Assembly: GCA_947573795.1 (NCBI GenBank)
Contig: CANPHE010000001.1
Span: forward strand, 40,112 to 104,111
Direction: 5' to 3'
DNA length: 64,000 bases
DNA from: an uncultured Alistipes sp.
Lineage (GTDB): Bacteria > Bacteroidota > Bacteroidia > Bacteroidales > Rikenellaceae
Shown: in pieces, positions 42,418-51,173 of the stretch
Layout of the letters: every line of letters begins with the position of its first letter
Numbering within the stretch: the stretch's first letter is position 1
Translations under genes and position numbers: made by a program
Notes under the pieces: generated by a model
The model's input: only the letters and a program-made list of their open reading frames with translations
Told to the model about the DNA's origin: nothing
Databases searched by the model: none

Positions 42418-45078
42418 CTATATCTCTTGCAGATCGGTGAATACGCTCCAGCCGCTTTGTGTATCCTCCACAGCACCGAAAACAACCCAATCGTAAGAAC
42501 TCCGGTATGCCGAGGGGACTTTCAATACAGCTTCGCCCGCAATGCCTTGGAATGCATTTACTGCACAGGTCGGGACAGCAGGCGCAAGACAGGTAACAGC
42601 CTCCAGGTTCCAGCAACTATTGAAAGCAAGCTCCTCGATTGTCTTTATCGTTCGAGGTATCGTTATCTCGGTCAGCGCATAGCAACCTTCGAATGCTCCT
42701 GAGCCGATCGTGCCGATTCTTGACGGCAGCGTAATCGATTTCAATCCGGTACATCCTTGGAAGGTGTATGACTGAATGGATGGGATATCCGGTAATTCGA
42801 TCGATTCGAGCTTGCTGCAACCTTGGAATGCACCTGCTCCTATCTCCCGAACGGTTTTGGGAATCGAAATCGATGCGAGATTGTGACAGTATTCAAATGT
42901 GTAAGATTGTATGGCCTTTATTCCGTCGGGAATTGTAATAGATATCATGTTGGAACACCCCTGGAATGCGCCCATTCCGATATCTGTAACTCCTTCTAGA
43001 AGGTCGATTCTCGTGAGGTTTGAACACCCGCCGAATGCGTATTGCCCGATTTTCGTAAGGCCTTGCGGAAGGTCGATTTTCTCGAGGCTTGAACACCTGG
43101 AGAATGCGGAATCTCCGATCCGAGTTATCCCTTGCGGAATCGTTACGGAACGAAGGTTTTCGCATCCCCTGAAGATTGAAGCGCCAATTGCGGTAATACC
43201 CTCGGGAATCGTATACTCCGAACGCTCTTTGATTTGTGCCACAGCTGTCAGGCAGCCGTCGACAATCAAGCAGCTATGATCCTCCGATGCAAACTTCCCG
43301 TAAAATGCTTGCAATTCGTCGCAATCCGAAAATGCCCCTTCGCCCAATGATTCGAGACTCTGCGGCAACGTGATTGCCATAAGTGCAGAACCTTCAAACG
43401 CAGATGCTCCGATTGAGGTCACACCCTCCGGAATATCGATCGAGGTAAGACTTTTGCAACCATAGAATGTGCTGCCCCCGATTTCTGTAAGAGTTCCGGG
43501 CAGGGTGACGGATGCCAATTTTTCACAACCGAAGAATGTGCTGCTTCCGATTGTGGTAACTCCTTCCGGAATCGCGATCGAAGCAAGACTTTTGCAGGAG
43601 GAGAATGCGCTGCTCCCGATTGTGGTCACACCTTCCGGAATCGTGATCGCAACAAGACTTTCGCAGGAGGAGAATGTGCTGCTTCCGATTTCCGTAAGAG
43701 TTCCGGGCAGGGTGACGGATGTCAATTTTTTACAACCGGAGAATGTGCCGTTTTCCAATTTGGTAATTCCTTCCGGAATCGCGATCGAAGCAAGACTTTC
43801 GCAGTATTCGAATGCGCACCGGCCGATCGTTTTTACGCTTTGTGGAATTTCGATGTTTTTCAAACTCGAGCACTGGTAAAACGCATAGGATCCGATTTCG
43901 GTGATATTGGGAGGTAAAACGATGGACTCAAGTATCTTACAAAAAGAAAAAAGACCGCCATCACCATACCATCGGCCATCCGGGATTTTCGTTACGGAGG
44001 TGAAATACTGTAATTCGTCGAACGAAAGAATGTTTTTGTCGAGGTAGGGTTCCAACCGTGACAAATCGGTGACGGCGGCTGCTTCGGCATAGCTCAGATA
44101 GCCGTCCTTGTTGGAGTCGAAGGCTTTTACGCAGGCTTGCTCTACCCATAAATCGGCGAATTCGATCGGTTCGTCGGATGCTGCCTCGATGCGCTCTACT
44201 TGTGCGATGTCGGCGTTCATCACCTTCACGGTGGCACGCCGGAATGTCAGTGCGGAGGCGAATGAAAAATCGTAGTGGGCTTTGTCTGTCGAGACGGTGA
44301 TCGTGCCGCTGTACTCGCCAGGGGCGATAACCACGTAGACGGACGCCGCATCTGCTTTCGTCGCAGGAACTTCGGCCGGCTGGGTCAGCTGCGTGACGGC
44401 CGATTTCGAGGTATAGCCCGATATGTCGGGTAACTCTGCGTAGCCAGCATTGCGCAAATTGAAGGTGAAACCTCCGGCTAACGCTTTCTCGGATGCAAAG
44501 GTGACCGAGCGGATTCGCTCCTTGCATAATGCTTCTTCCGATGAGTAGATTCGCAGTTCGACGATAGCGCCCAACTGACGGAACATCACGTTTCCCAAGT
44601 TATAGCCGAAAGTCGCATCTCCGTCGAAAGTCATCGGTTGGGCGACCATCGGATTGGCCGAACCGTTGAACTCTCCGGCTGCAACTTGGGTCTGTTGTGT
44701 GGGAATCGTCAGCCGCACGGAGGTCGAAGTCGTATTTTGCGTACTTGAATAGGGATAATAGGCATAAAACCTGTCTCCGGGGTTGACTCCGTTTTTGATA
44801 TATCCGGAAAACTCAACGGGTGATCGATCGAGAAGCGGTTGCGCTGAACCGCCGTTGATTTGCGAACCGACGGCAAACATCCCGACCTCGTCGCCCTTGA
44901 CCCAACGGAGCGAATAATCTTGCAAGGTGGTGCGCGTCTGTTCCTCGGCCGTAGCGGTAAAGGATATCTTGCAGTCGGAATTGTCGAAGACTGCATTTTC
45001 ATCGGTGAAATTGTCGTGACAGGCTGTGGTACCTAAAACTGCCAAGGCGGCAAAAATTCGGTAAAGTTTCTTTTTCAT
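42418..45078 (-). CDS. BspA-type leucine-rich-repeat surface protein with fimbrillin-like N-terminal region
   Basis: Track ORF 42418..45093, trimmed to the ATG at 45076-45078 (MKKKLYRIFAALAVLGTTAC). About 20 consecutive 23-aa units follow the pattern IPEGVT.IG..AF..C..L.S. G+C is visibly lower than in the neighbours. Confidence 0.9.
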   Translation of the reverse strand: MKKKLYRIFAALAVLGTTACHDNFTDENAVFDNSDCKISFTATAEEQTRTTLQDYSLRWVKGDEVGMFAVGSQINGGSAQPLLDRSPVEFSGYIKNGVNPGDRFYAYYPYSSTQNTTSTSVRLTIPTQQTQVAAGEFNGSANPMVAQPMTFDGDATFGYNLGNVMFRQLGAIVELRIYSSEEALCKERIRSVTFASEKALAGGFTFNLRNAGYAELPDISGYTSKSAVTQLTQPAEVPATKADAASVYVVIAPGEYSGTITVSTDKAHYDFSFASALTFRRATVKVMNADIAQVERIEAASDEPIEFADLWVEQACVKAFDSNKDGYLSYAEAAAVTDLSRLEPYLDKNILSFDELQYFTSVTKIPDGRWYGDGGLFSFCKILESIVLPPNITEIGSYAFYQCSSLKNIEIPQSVKTIGRCAFEYCESLASIAIPEGITKLENGTFSGCKKLTSVTLPGTLTEIGSSTFSSCESLVAITIPEGVTTIGSSAFSSCKSLASIAIPEGVTTIGSSTFFGCEKLASVTLPGTLTEIGGSTFYGCKSLTSIDIPEGVTSIGASAFEGSALMAITLPQSLESLGEGAFSDCDELQAFYGKFASEDHSCLIVDGCLTAVAQIKERSEYTIPEGITAIGASIFRGCENLRSVTIPQGITRIGDSAFSRCSSLEKIDLPQGLTKIGQYAFGGCSNLTRIDLLEGVTDIGMGAFQGCSNMISITIPDGIKAIQSYTFEYCHNLASISIPKTVREIGAGAFQGCSKLESIELPDIPSIQSYTFQGCTGLKSITLPSRIGTIGSGAFEGCYALTEITIPRTIKTIEELAFNSCWNLEAVTCLAPAVPTCAVNAFQGIAGEAVLKVPSAYRSSYDWVVFGAVEDTQSGWSVFTDLQEI
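43480..43750. repeat. Near-identical intragenic DNA repeats with a 207-bp (3 LRR units) period
   Basis: gatttctgtaagagttccgggcagggtgacggatgccaatttttcacaaccgaagaatgtgc starts at 43480. It recurs at 43687 as gatttccgtaagagttccgggcagggtgacggatgtcaattttttacaaccggagaatgtgc. The intervening units are also closely related. Confidence 0.75.
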
Positions 45079-45089
45079 GGTTAGCACGA

Positions 45090-45257
45090 TCAATTTTTGT
45101 TATACCAATCGTCATCCGTGTAATCGGGATCGGTCGTCTCGATGCCGTCCTTATTGAAGGATTGTGCGAAACCTCGTTCGACGGCGATTTCGAACAGTTC
45201 CACGCGCGGCGCGACATAAGGCAGGCGTTGCGGCAGGGCAAAAGCGGTTTTTTCCAT
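45090..45257 (-). CDS. Small ORF (55 aa) 11 nt upstream of the LRR gene; below the ORF-track size cutoff
   Basis: I translated it codon by codon: MEKTAFALPQRLPYVAPRVELFEIAVERGFAQSFNKDGIETTDPDYTDDDWYNKN*. It has an ATG start, G/C-rich third positions and is co-directional with the LRR gene. I recognise no homology. Confidence 0.35.
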   Translation of the reverse strand: MEKTAFALPQRLPYVAPRVELFEIAVERGFAQSFNKDGIETTDPDYTDDDWYNKN

Positions 45258-45788
45258 AAGCTATGGATATTCAGGCCGTATCGACCCCTGTTGCGGCGGA
45301 TTAGTATAAAAAGAAAGTGTGGGATCGAAATCGTTTATCTGGTAATAGGCATTTGGCGTAGCCCGAGAACAAATAAACAATACCCCACACCGAATAAGTA
45401 TATATCGAAATGATATATGCCTATACACGGTGATGAGTGTTCGTATTGCTCTCCTTGTTCTCTTAAAATCGCCAAATTTTATTACCAAGGATCAGCGAAA
45501 CACTTTCACTAATTATAATATGTCGCGGCTCGAGAGGAACCGCACGACAAAATTAGGAAAATGTTTTCCGATACGCAACACTCAAAGGGGTATTGTCGTA
45601 GAAATATGTTGCACAAAGGTCTAAAAAACAAATTTATCGTGCAACAGGAGGCCCGCTGGAAATCCGATTTTGTTCTTTCGATCTTGGAAAACTCCGCTTC
45701 GACCGGCCGGGTCCGGCTTCCGGGAGCCGGCACCCCGATTTCGGGCTGCAAAGCGTCGGAACCTTTTTGATTGTTGGCGGCTTTTGCG

Positions 45789-45796
45789 TATCTTTG
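45789..45796 (+). promoter_or_regulatory. Candidate -7 box (TATCTTTG) for prfA
   Basis: It matches TAnnTTTG, lies 31 nt upstream of the prfA ATG, and sits inside an 11-bp inverted repeat (45784-45794 / 45810-45820). Confidence 0.35.
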
Positions 45797-45826
45797 TCCC
45801 ACAATAGTTAAGATACGCAAAACGCT

Positions 45827-46912
45827 ATGGCAGACAATACCATTCTGAACCGGCTCGACGGTCTGAAGCTCAAATACGAGGAGACGGGGCAGAAACTCAC
45901 CGACCCCGAAGTGATCGCCGACGTGAAGCAGTTCATCCAGCTCACCAAGGAGTACAAGGAGCTTGAACCGATCATCGAGACCTCGGAGCGTTACCGTACG
46001 GCCATGGCCAACCTGGCCGAGGCCAAGGATACGCTCGTCAACGACAAGGACGAGGAGATGCGCGAAATGGCCCGCGAAATGGTCGCGGAGCTCGAACCGC
46101 AGCTCGTCGCGATGGAGGAGGAGATCAAACTGCTGCTCATCCCCAAGGACCCGCAGGACTCGAAGAACGCCATCGTCGAGATTCGCGGCGGCACGGGCGG
46201 CGACGAGGCGGCGATTTTCGCGGGCGACCTGCTGCGCATGTATACCAAATACATCGAGACGAAGGGGTGGCGCTACGAAATCACCTCGGCGTCGGACGGC
46301 GCTGCGGGCGGTTACAAGGAGGTTGTGATGAAGGTCACGGGACAGAACGTCTACGGAACGCTCAAATACGAGTCGGGGGTGCACCGCGTGCAGCGTGTGC
46401 CGCAGACCGAGACGCAGGGCCGCGTCCATACGTCGGCCGCGTCGGTGGCCGTGCTGCCCGAAGCCGAGGAGTTCGACGTCGAAATCTCGATGAACGACAT
46501 CCGCAAGGATATCTTCTGCGCCAGCGGTCCGGGCGGGCAGTCGGTCAACACGACCTATTCGGCCATCCGTCTGACCCACATCCCGACGGGTATCGTCGTG
46601 CAGTGCCAGGATCAGAAATCGCAGTTGAAGAACTTCGACAAGGCTTTCGAGGAGTTGCGTACGCGCGTCTTCAACCTCGAATACTCGAAGTACCTCGACG
46701 AAATCGCCTCGAAACGCAAGACGATGGTTTCGACGGGCGACCGCTCGGCCAAAATCCGCACCTATAATTATCCGCAGGGCCGGATCACCGACCACCGGAT
46801 CAACTATACGATCTACAACCTCGCGGCCTTCATGGACGGCGACATCCAGGACTGCATCGACCACCTGATCGTTGCCGAGAATGCCGAGCGTCTGAAGGAG
46901 AGCGAATTGTAA
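45827..46912 (+). CDS. prfA: Peptide chain release factor 1
   Basis: 361 aa. It has the GGQ motif (GPGGQSVNTT) and RVQRVPQTETQGRVHTSAA, with a P-x-T tripeptide at the RF1 position. Confidence 0.95.
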   Translation: MADNTILNRLDGLKLKYEETGQKLTDPEVIADVKQFIQLTKEYKELEPIIETSERYRTAMANLAEAKDTLVNDKDEEMREMAREMVAELEPQLVAMEEEIKLLLIPKDPQDSKNAIVEIRGGTGGDEAAIFAGDLLRMYTKYIETKGWRYEITSASDGAAGGYKEVVMKVTGQNVYGTLKYESGVHRVQRVPQTETQGRVHTSAASVAVLPEAEEFDVEISMNDIRKDIFCASGPGGQSVNTTYSAIRLTHIPTGIVVQCQDQKSQLKNFDKAFEELRTRVFNLEYSKYLDEIASKRKTMVSTGDRSAKIRTYNYPQGRITDHRINYTIYNLAAFMDGDIQDCIDHLIVAENAERLKESEL

Positions 46913-46923
46913 GCCGCGGTGCC

Positions 46924-47238
46924 ATGTCGCTCCCGGAGGGATTCGACGAGGAGGTCTGGGCCGTCGTCGCGCAGATTCCCGCGGGACGGGTCACGACTTA
47001 CGGGTGGATAGCCCGGCTCGTGGGGGCTCCCGGTCAGGCCCGCCGCGTAGGGCGTGCGCTGGCGAAGGCGCCCGATGGGCTTCCCTGCCATCGTGTGGTG
47101 AATGCCGCAGGGCGCACAGTTCCCGGATGGGTGGCGCAGCGGGAGCGGCTCGAAGCGGAGAGGGTCCGGTTCCGGGCGAACGGTTGCGTCGATCTCGCCG
47201 CCCACGGTTGGCCGCAAATCCCCGACGACGAGCGGTAG
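46924..47238 (+). CDS. MGMT-family (methylated-DNA-protein-cysteine methyltransferase DNA-binding domain) protein
   Basis: 104 aa. The sequence IPAGRVTTYGWIA...PCHRVVNAAG retains the PCHRV active-site motif. Confidence 0.85.
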   Translation: MSLPEGFDEEVWAVVAQIPAGRVTTYGWIARLVGAPGQARRVGRALAKAPDGLPCHRVVNAAGRTVPGWVAQRERLEAERVRFRANGCVDLAAHGWPQIPDDER

Positions 47239-47332
47239 CAGGGGGCGGAATGCTGCGAGCCTCGAAAGATGCGGCTCTGGCCCGGAGTTTGCCCGAAACG
47301 GGAACGAACCGATCTTGAAATCAAACGATTGT

Positions 47333-47890
47333 ATGACTGCTCTGGTGAAAAAAATATCGATCGCCCTGCTGTGCTGCGCGGCCGTTTCGGTCGCCGTGGC
47401 CCAGCAACCCGTCTATATCGTCAACGGACAGCCGTTGGACGAGGCGCGTGTCGCCGCGATTCCGCCGGCCGATATCGAGTGCGTCGAAAACCTTCCGGCC
47501 GACGAGGAGACGATCGCCCGCTATGGCGAAGGGGCTTCGAACGGCGTGATAATCATTTCGTTGAAATACGATACTCCGGCTCGCTTCAGCGTCGATTCGC
47601 TCTCGTTGGGCGACTATGTCGCCCGGCACGTGCGCTGGGATGCCGACGAACCCGCAGCGCGGGTCGTTTTGCGCTATGTGGTCGGAACCGACGGGCGTGC
47701 GGTCGTCGAAACCGAGCTCGAATCGACCGATAACCGGCTCAAACGGCGCGTGTTGAAAGCGCTCGCCGAGGCGCCGGGCTGGTCTCCGGCCATGAAAAAC
47801 GGCGTGCCTGTCGAAAGCCGGGGCGTGCTGCGCATCCAGCTGCCCGAGGGCAAACCCATGCCGCGCATGCGCGAGCTGGTGATCCGTTGA
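47333..47890 (+). CDS. Secreted protein with plug-like N-region and TonB-C-terminal-like domain
   Basis: Track ORF 47102..47890, trimmed to the ATG at 47333 (MTALVKKISIALLCCAAVSVAVAQ). YIVNGQPLD...GASNGVIIISLK resembles a plug motif, and the C-terminal part resembles the TonB_C fold. Not verified. Confidence 0.55.
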   Translation: MTALVKKISIALLCCAAVSVAVAQQPVYIVNGQPLDEARVAAIPPADIECVENLPADEETIARYGEGASNGVIIISLKYDTPARFSVDSLSLGDYVARHVRWDADEPAARVVLRYVVGTDGRAVVETELESTDNRLKRRVLKALAEAPGWSPAMKNGVPVESRGVLRIQLPEGKPMPRMRELVIR

Positions 47891-47940
47891 CGGATCGGAC
47901 GCATGGGCGCGAAACGTAAAATGCATAACATAACCCGAAT

Positions 47941-48846
47941 ATGAAACAAAACTCGTTGGCCGCATGGATCCTGGCCGTCAGACCGTATAGTCTGGGCAAC
48001 TCGGTGATCCTCGTGCTGATCGGTTCGGCGTTGGCCTATGCCGACGGCGGATTCCGGGCCGTGCCGGCCGTGCTGTGCCTGCTTTTCGCCTTGTCGATGC
48101 AGTGCACGGCCAACCTCGTGAACGATCTGTGGGATTTCCTCAAAGGCGCCGACCGACCCGACCGGCTGGGGCCCGACCGCGCTTTCGCCAAAGGGTATAT
48201 TACGCTCGGCGTCATGAAGGCGGGTATCGCCGCTTTTACGGTCGCGGGGTGCGCCGTCGGGCTGGGCATTCTGGCCTACGCGCACGATTACCTCGCCTGG
48301 GGCGGTTGGGAACTCGTCGCCGTCGGGGCGCTCTGCGTGATGTTCGCCTACCTCTATACTGCGGGGCCTTATCCGTTGGCCTACCACGGTTTGGGCGATG
48401 TCGCGGTGGTGATTTTTTTCGGTCTCGTTCCCGTGGGATTCACCTATTACGTCCAGACCGGGACCTGGAACGGTGCCGTGACCGTCGCTGCGCTGGCTTG
48501 CGGATTGGTGATCGACACGATGTTGATGATTAACAATTTCCGCGACCGGGAGGAGGATGCGCGCGCCGGAAAGCGCACGATCGTCGTCGCGACGTCGGCT
48601 GCGGTGGGGCGCTGGGGCTACCTGGCGCTGGGCGTCGGGGCACTCGCGCTGTGCCTCTCGATGCTCGGCTACGGATATCGCTGGGCGGCGCTTTTGCCCC
48701 TGGCCTACGGGGTGTTGCACACGGCTACCTGGCGCAAGGTCGTGCGCATCGACCACGGCGACGAACTGAACGTCTGCCTCGGAGAGACGGCCCGCAACAT
48801 CCTGCTGTTCGGGGCGCTGCTCGCTGCGGGTATCCTGATCGGATAA
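47941..48846 (+). CDS. menA: 1,4-dihydroxy-2-naphthoate polyprenyltransferase (UbiA family)
   Basis: 301 aa, polytopic, with the motifs NDLWDFLKGADRPDRLGP and NNFRDREEDARAGKRT. Confidence 0.85.
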   Translation: MKQNSLAAWILAVRPYSLGNSVILVLIGSALAYADGGFRAVPAVLCLLFALSMQCTANLVNDLWDFLKGADRPDRLGPDRAFAKGYITLGVMKAGIAAFTVAGCAVGLGILAYAHDYLAWGGWELVAVGALCVMFAYLYTAGPYPLAYHGLGDVAVVIFFGLVPVGFTYYVQTGTWNGAVTVAALACGLVIDTMLMINNFRDREEDARAGKRTIVVATSAAVGRWGYLALGVGALALCLSMLGYGYRWAALLPLAYGVLHTATWRKVVRIDHGDELNVCLGETARNILLFGALLAAGILIG

Positions 48847-48849
48847 GTC

Positions 48850-50109
48850 ATGGCACAACCCCGGCCCATTACCCTGAGCGAGTTGCAGCGACTCGTCAAG
48901 CGGACCCTCGACGAGCGGTTCGCATTGCCCGTATGGGTCGGAGCGGAGATTTCCGAACTGAAAGTCAACTACTCGGGCCACTGTTACCTCGAACTCGTGG
49001 AGAAGGGCGGCGACAACGGCGTGCCGACGGCCCAGGCGCGGGCCGTCATCTGGCGTTCGCACTATCCGCGCATCGCGGCCGGTTTCGAAGCCGAGACCGG
49101 GCAGCCTCTCGCGGCGGGTATCCGTATCCTGGCCAAGGTGCTGGTGAATTATCACGCACTCTACGGCTTTTCGCTCCAGATCACCGATATCGATCCTTCC
49201 TATACGTTGGGCGACATGGAGCGCCAGCGGCAGCAGACCATCCGCCGCTTGCAGGAGGAGGGCGTTTGGGAGATGAACCGCCAGCACCGCCTCCTCGACG
49301 GCGTGCAGCGCATCGCCGTGGTGTCGAGCGTCCATGCCGCCGGGTACCGCGACTTCTGCAAGGAGCTGGAACGGAGCCCCTGGCGGTTCCGAACGGAGCT
49401 TTTCGACGCCTTCATGCAGGGCAATGCGGCCGAGGAGTCGATCGTCGCGGCGTTGTGCGCCGTGGCCGAACGCTCCGAGGAGTTCGATGCCGTGGCGTTG
49501 ATTCGCGGCGGTGGTTCGGTGAGCGACCTCAACTGTTTCAATGCCTACCGCCTCTGCACCCATATCGCGCAGTTCCCGCTGCCCGTCGTCACGGGCATCG
49601 GCCACGACAAGGACGTGAGCGTCGCCGACATGGTGGCGTTCCGGGCGCTGAAGACCCCTACGGCCGTGGCGGGTTGGTTCGTCGGGGAGACGGACGAGCT
49701 CTACGGCGCTTTCGAGGGGTTGGCGCTGCAATTGCGCGATGCGACGCAGGCGCGTACGCGGGCTGCCGAGGTGGAGCTCGAACGCGCTGCGGGCGAACTG
49801 CGGCGCCGGACGGGCGAACGCGGGACCCGCGAGAACCTCCGGTTGGAGCAGTGCTCCGCACGGCTGCGCGACGCCGCGCGCGAATATTTCCTCCGTCAGG
49901 GGATGTTCCTCGCTTCGGCCGAGGAGATCGTCGCGGCGCACGATCCCGCGCGGCTGCTGGAGCTCGGCCTGGCCGTGCTGCGCAGCGGCGGAAAGGCGGT
50001 GACGTCGGCCGCCGGTGTCCGTGCGGGCGACCGGCTGGAGATCGAGGTGGCGGACGGAACGATCACGACAACGGTAAACGATACGAAGATATGGCCAAAA
50101 AAACGATAA
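48850..50109 (+). CDS. xseA: Exodeoxyribonuclease VII large subunit
   Basis: 419 aa. It has the N-terminal OB fold (VWVGAEISELKVNYSGHCYLELVEK) and IGHDKDVSVADMVA. Confidence 0.9.
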   Translation: MAQPRPITLSELQRLVKRTLDERFALPVWVGAEISELKVNYSGHCYLELVEKGGDNGVPTAQARAVIWRSHYPRIAAGFEAETGQPLAAGIRILAKVLVNYHALYGFSLQITDIDPSYTLGDMERQRQQTIRRLQEEGVWEMNRQHRLLDGVQRIAVVSSVHAAGYRDFCKELERSPWRFRTELFDAFMQGNAAEESIVAALCAVAERSEEFDAVALIRGGGSVSDLNCFNAYRLCTHIAQFPLPVVTGIGHDKDVSVADMVAFRALKTPTAVAGWFVGETDELYGAFEGLALQLRDATQARTRAAEVELERAAGELRRRTGERGTRENLRLEQCSARLRDAAREYFLRQGMFLASAEEIVAAHDPARLLELGLAVLRSGGKAVTSAAGVRAGDRLEIEVADGTITTTVNDTKIWPKKR

Positions 50110-50279
50110 CGTACACCGAGGCGCTGGCCGAGGTGGAGCGGATTTTGGAACGGATTCAGCGCGAGGAGATCACGGTGGACGACCTCGCCTCCGAGGTCAA
50201 GCGTGCGGCGACGCTCATCGCCGAGTGCCGCACGCGGCTGCGCAAGGCCGAGGAGGAGGTTGGCAAACTGCTGGAGTAG
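50091..50279 (+). CDS. xseB: Exodeoxyribonuclease VII small subunit
   Basis: A 62-aa ORF read from the tail of track ORF 48651..50279: MAKKTITYTEALAEVERILERIQREEITVDDLASEVKRAATLIAECRTRLRKAEEEVGKLLE. It overlaps the xseA end by 19 nt. Confidence 0.85.
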   Translation: MAKKTITYTEALAEVERILERIQREEITVDDLASEVKRAATLIAECRTRLRKAEEEVGKLLE

Positions 50280-50286
50280 AACGCGT

Positions 50287-51060
50287 ATGAAACGTTTGAT
50301 CCGATTTTTTCTGAATCATATTCCGCGCCCGGTGCTGCAACGCATCGCGGGGTGGGCCGTGCCTTTGGCGGGGCTGCTCTACAAGGGTCGCGGGGTCGAA
50401 TGCCCTGTGTGCGGACGTCGTTACCGCAAATTCATGCCCTACGGCTACGTCGTCGCGCGGGCCAATGCGCTCTGTCCCCATTGCCTCTCGCTCGAACGCC
50501 ACCGGCTGCTGTGGCTCTACCTGACGCGCGAAACCGATCTGCTGGCGTCGTTCCCGCAGACGTTGCATATCGCTCCCGAGGTCTGCATCATGCGCCATTT
50601 GAAACCCCATTTCGCCGCGCATCCCGACCGCTACGTCACGGCCGACCTGGAGAGTCCGTTGGCGGACCTGCATTTCGACGTGCAGCGCATTCCGCTCGCC
50701 GACGCTTCGGTGGATGTCGTGCTGTGCAACCACCTGCTGGAGCATGTCGCCGACGACCGGCAGGCGTTGCGCGAACTCCACCGTATCCTGCGCCCCGGAG
50801 GCTGGGGGATTCTGCTCTCGCCCGTCGATCCGGGCTATGCCCATACCTACGAGGACGATACGATCACCGATCCCGACGAGCGTACGCGTATCTTCGGACA
50901 GTACGACCATCGCCGCATCTATGGCCGCGACTACGCCGACCGGTTGCGCGAGGCGGGTTTCGAGGCCGAGGATATCGACTATGCCGCTTCGCTGCCGGCG
51001 GAGGAGCGGGCACGCTATGCCCTTCCTGCGGATCATATCTATCTGGTGCGGAAGCGGTAA
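50287..51060 (+). CDS. Class I SAM-dependent methyltransferase with N-terminal CxxC...CxxC cluster
   Basis: Track ORF 50203..51060, trimmed to the ATG at 50287 (MKRLIRFF...). Motifs are CPVCGRR...CPHC and VDVVLCNHLLEHV...LRPGGWGILL. Confidence 0.85.
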   Translation: MKRLIRFFLNHIPRPVLQRIAGWAVPLAGLLYKGRGVECPVCGRRYRKFMPYGYVVARANALCPHCLSLERHRLLWLYLTRETDLLASFPQTLHIAPEVCIMRHLKPHFAAHPDRYVTADLESPLADLHFDVQRIPLADASVDVVLCNHLLEHVADDRQALRELHRILRPGGWGILLSPVDPGYAHTYEDDTITDPDERTRIFGQYDHRRIYGRDYADRLREAGFEAEDIDYAASLPAEERARYALPADHIYLVRKR

Positions 51061-51083
51061 AGATGAGGGGGCGGTTTTTGCGG

Positions 51084-51142
51084 GCCGTAGCCTGCGGGGC
51101 GAGCATAGCGAGCCTCCGCCCGGGGAGGCTACGGCTCGCGCG
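51084..51142. repeat. GC-rich palindromic intergenic element, family R1, copy A
   Basis: gccgtagcctgcggggcgagcatagcgagcctccgcccggggaggctacggctcgcgcg. Outer arms are ccgtagcct/aggctacgg and inner arms agcctcc/ggaggct. It lies between convergent genes. An inverted near-copy is at 61611-61675. Confidence 0.75.
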
Positions 51143-51173
51143 GCTCGAGGAGCCGCATTTTCTTAGCCCGGAA

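Noticed and set aside
43400-43900. Regularly spaced near-identical repeats that could be mistaken for a CRISPR array
   Set aside because: The repeats are in frame inside a continuous LRR ORF. The period is 69/207 bp with homologous 'spacers', and there are no cas genes nearby.
45258-45780. Invertible-promoter (phase-variation) switch upstream of the LRR gene
   Set aside because: Only short, imperfect inverted repeats are present (for example around 45385-45430). There is no adjacent recombinase gene and no clear pair of at least 15-bp inverted repeats flanking a promoter. The evidence is insufficient to call.
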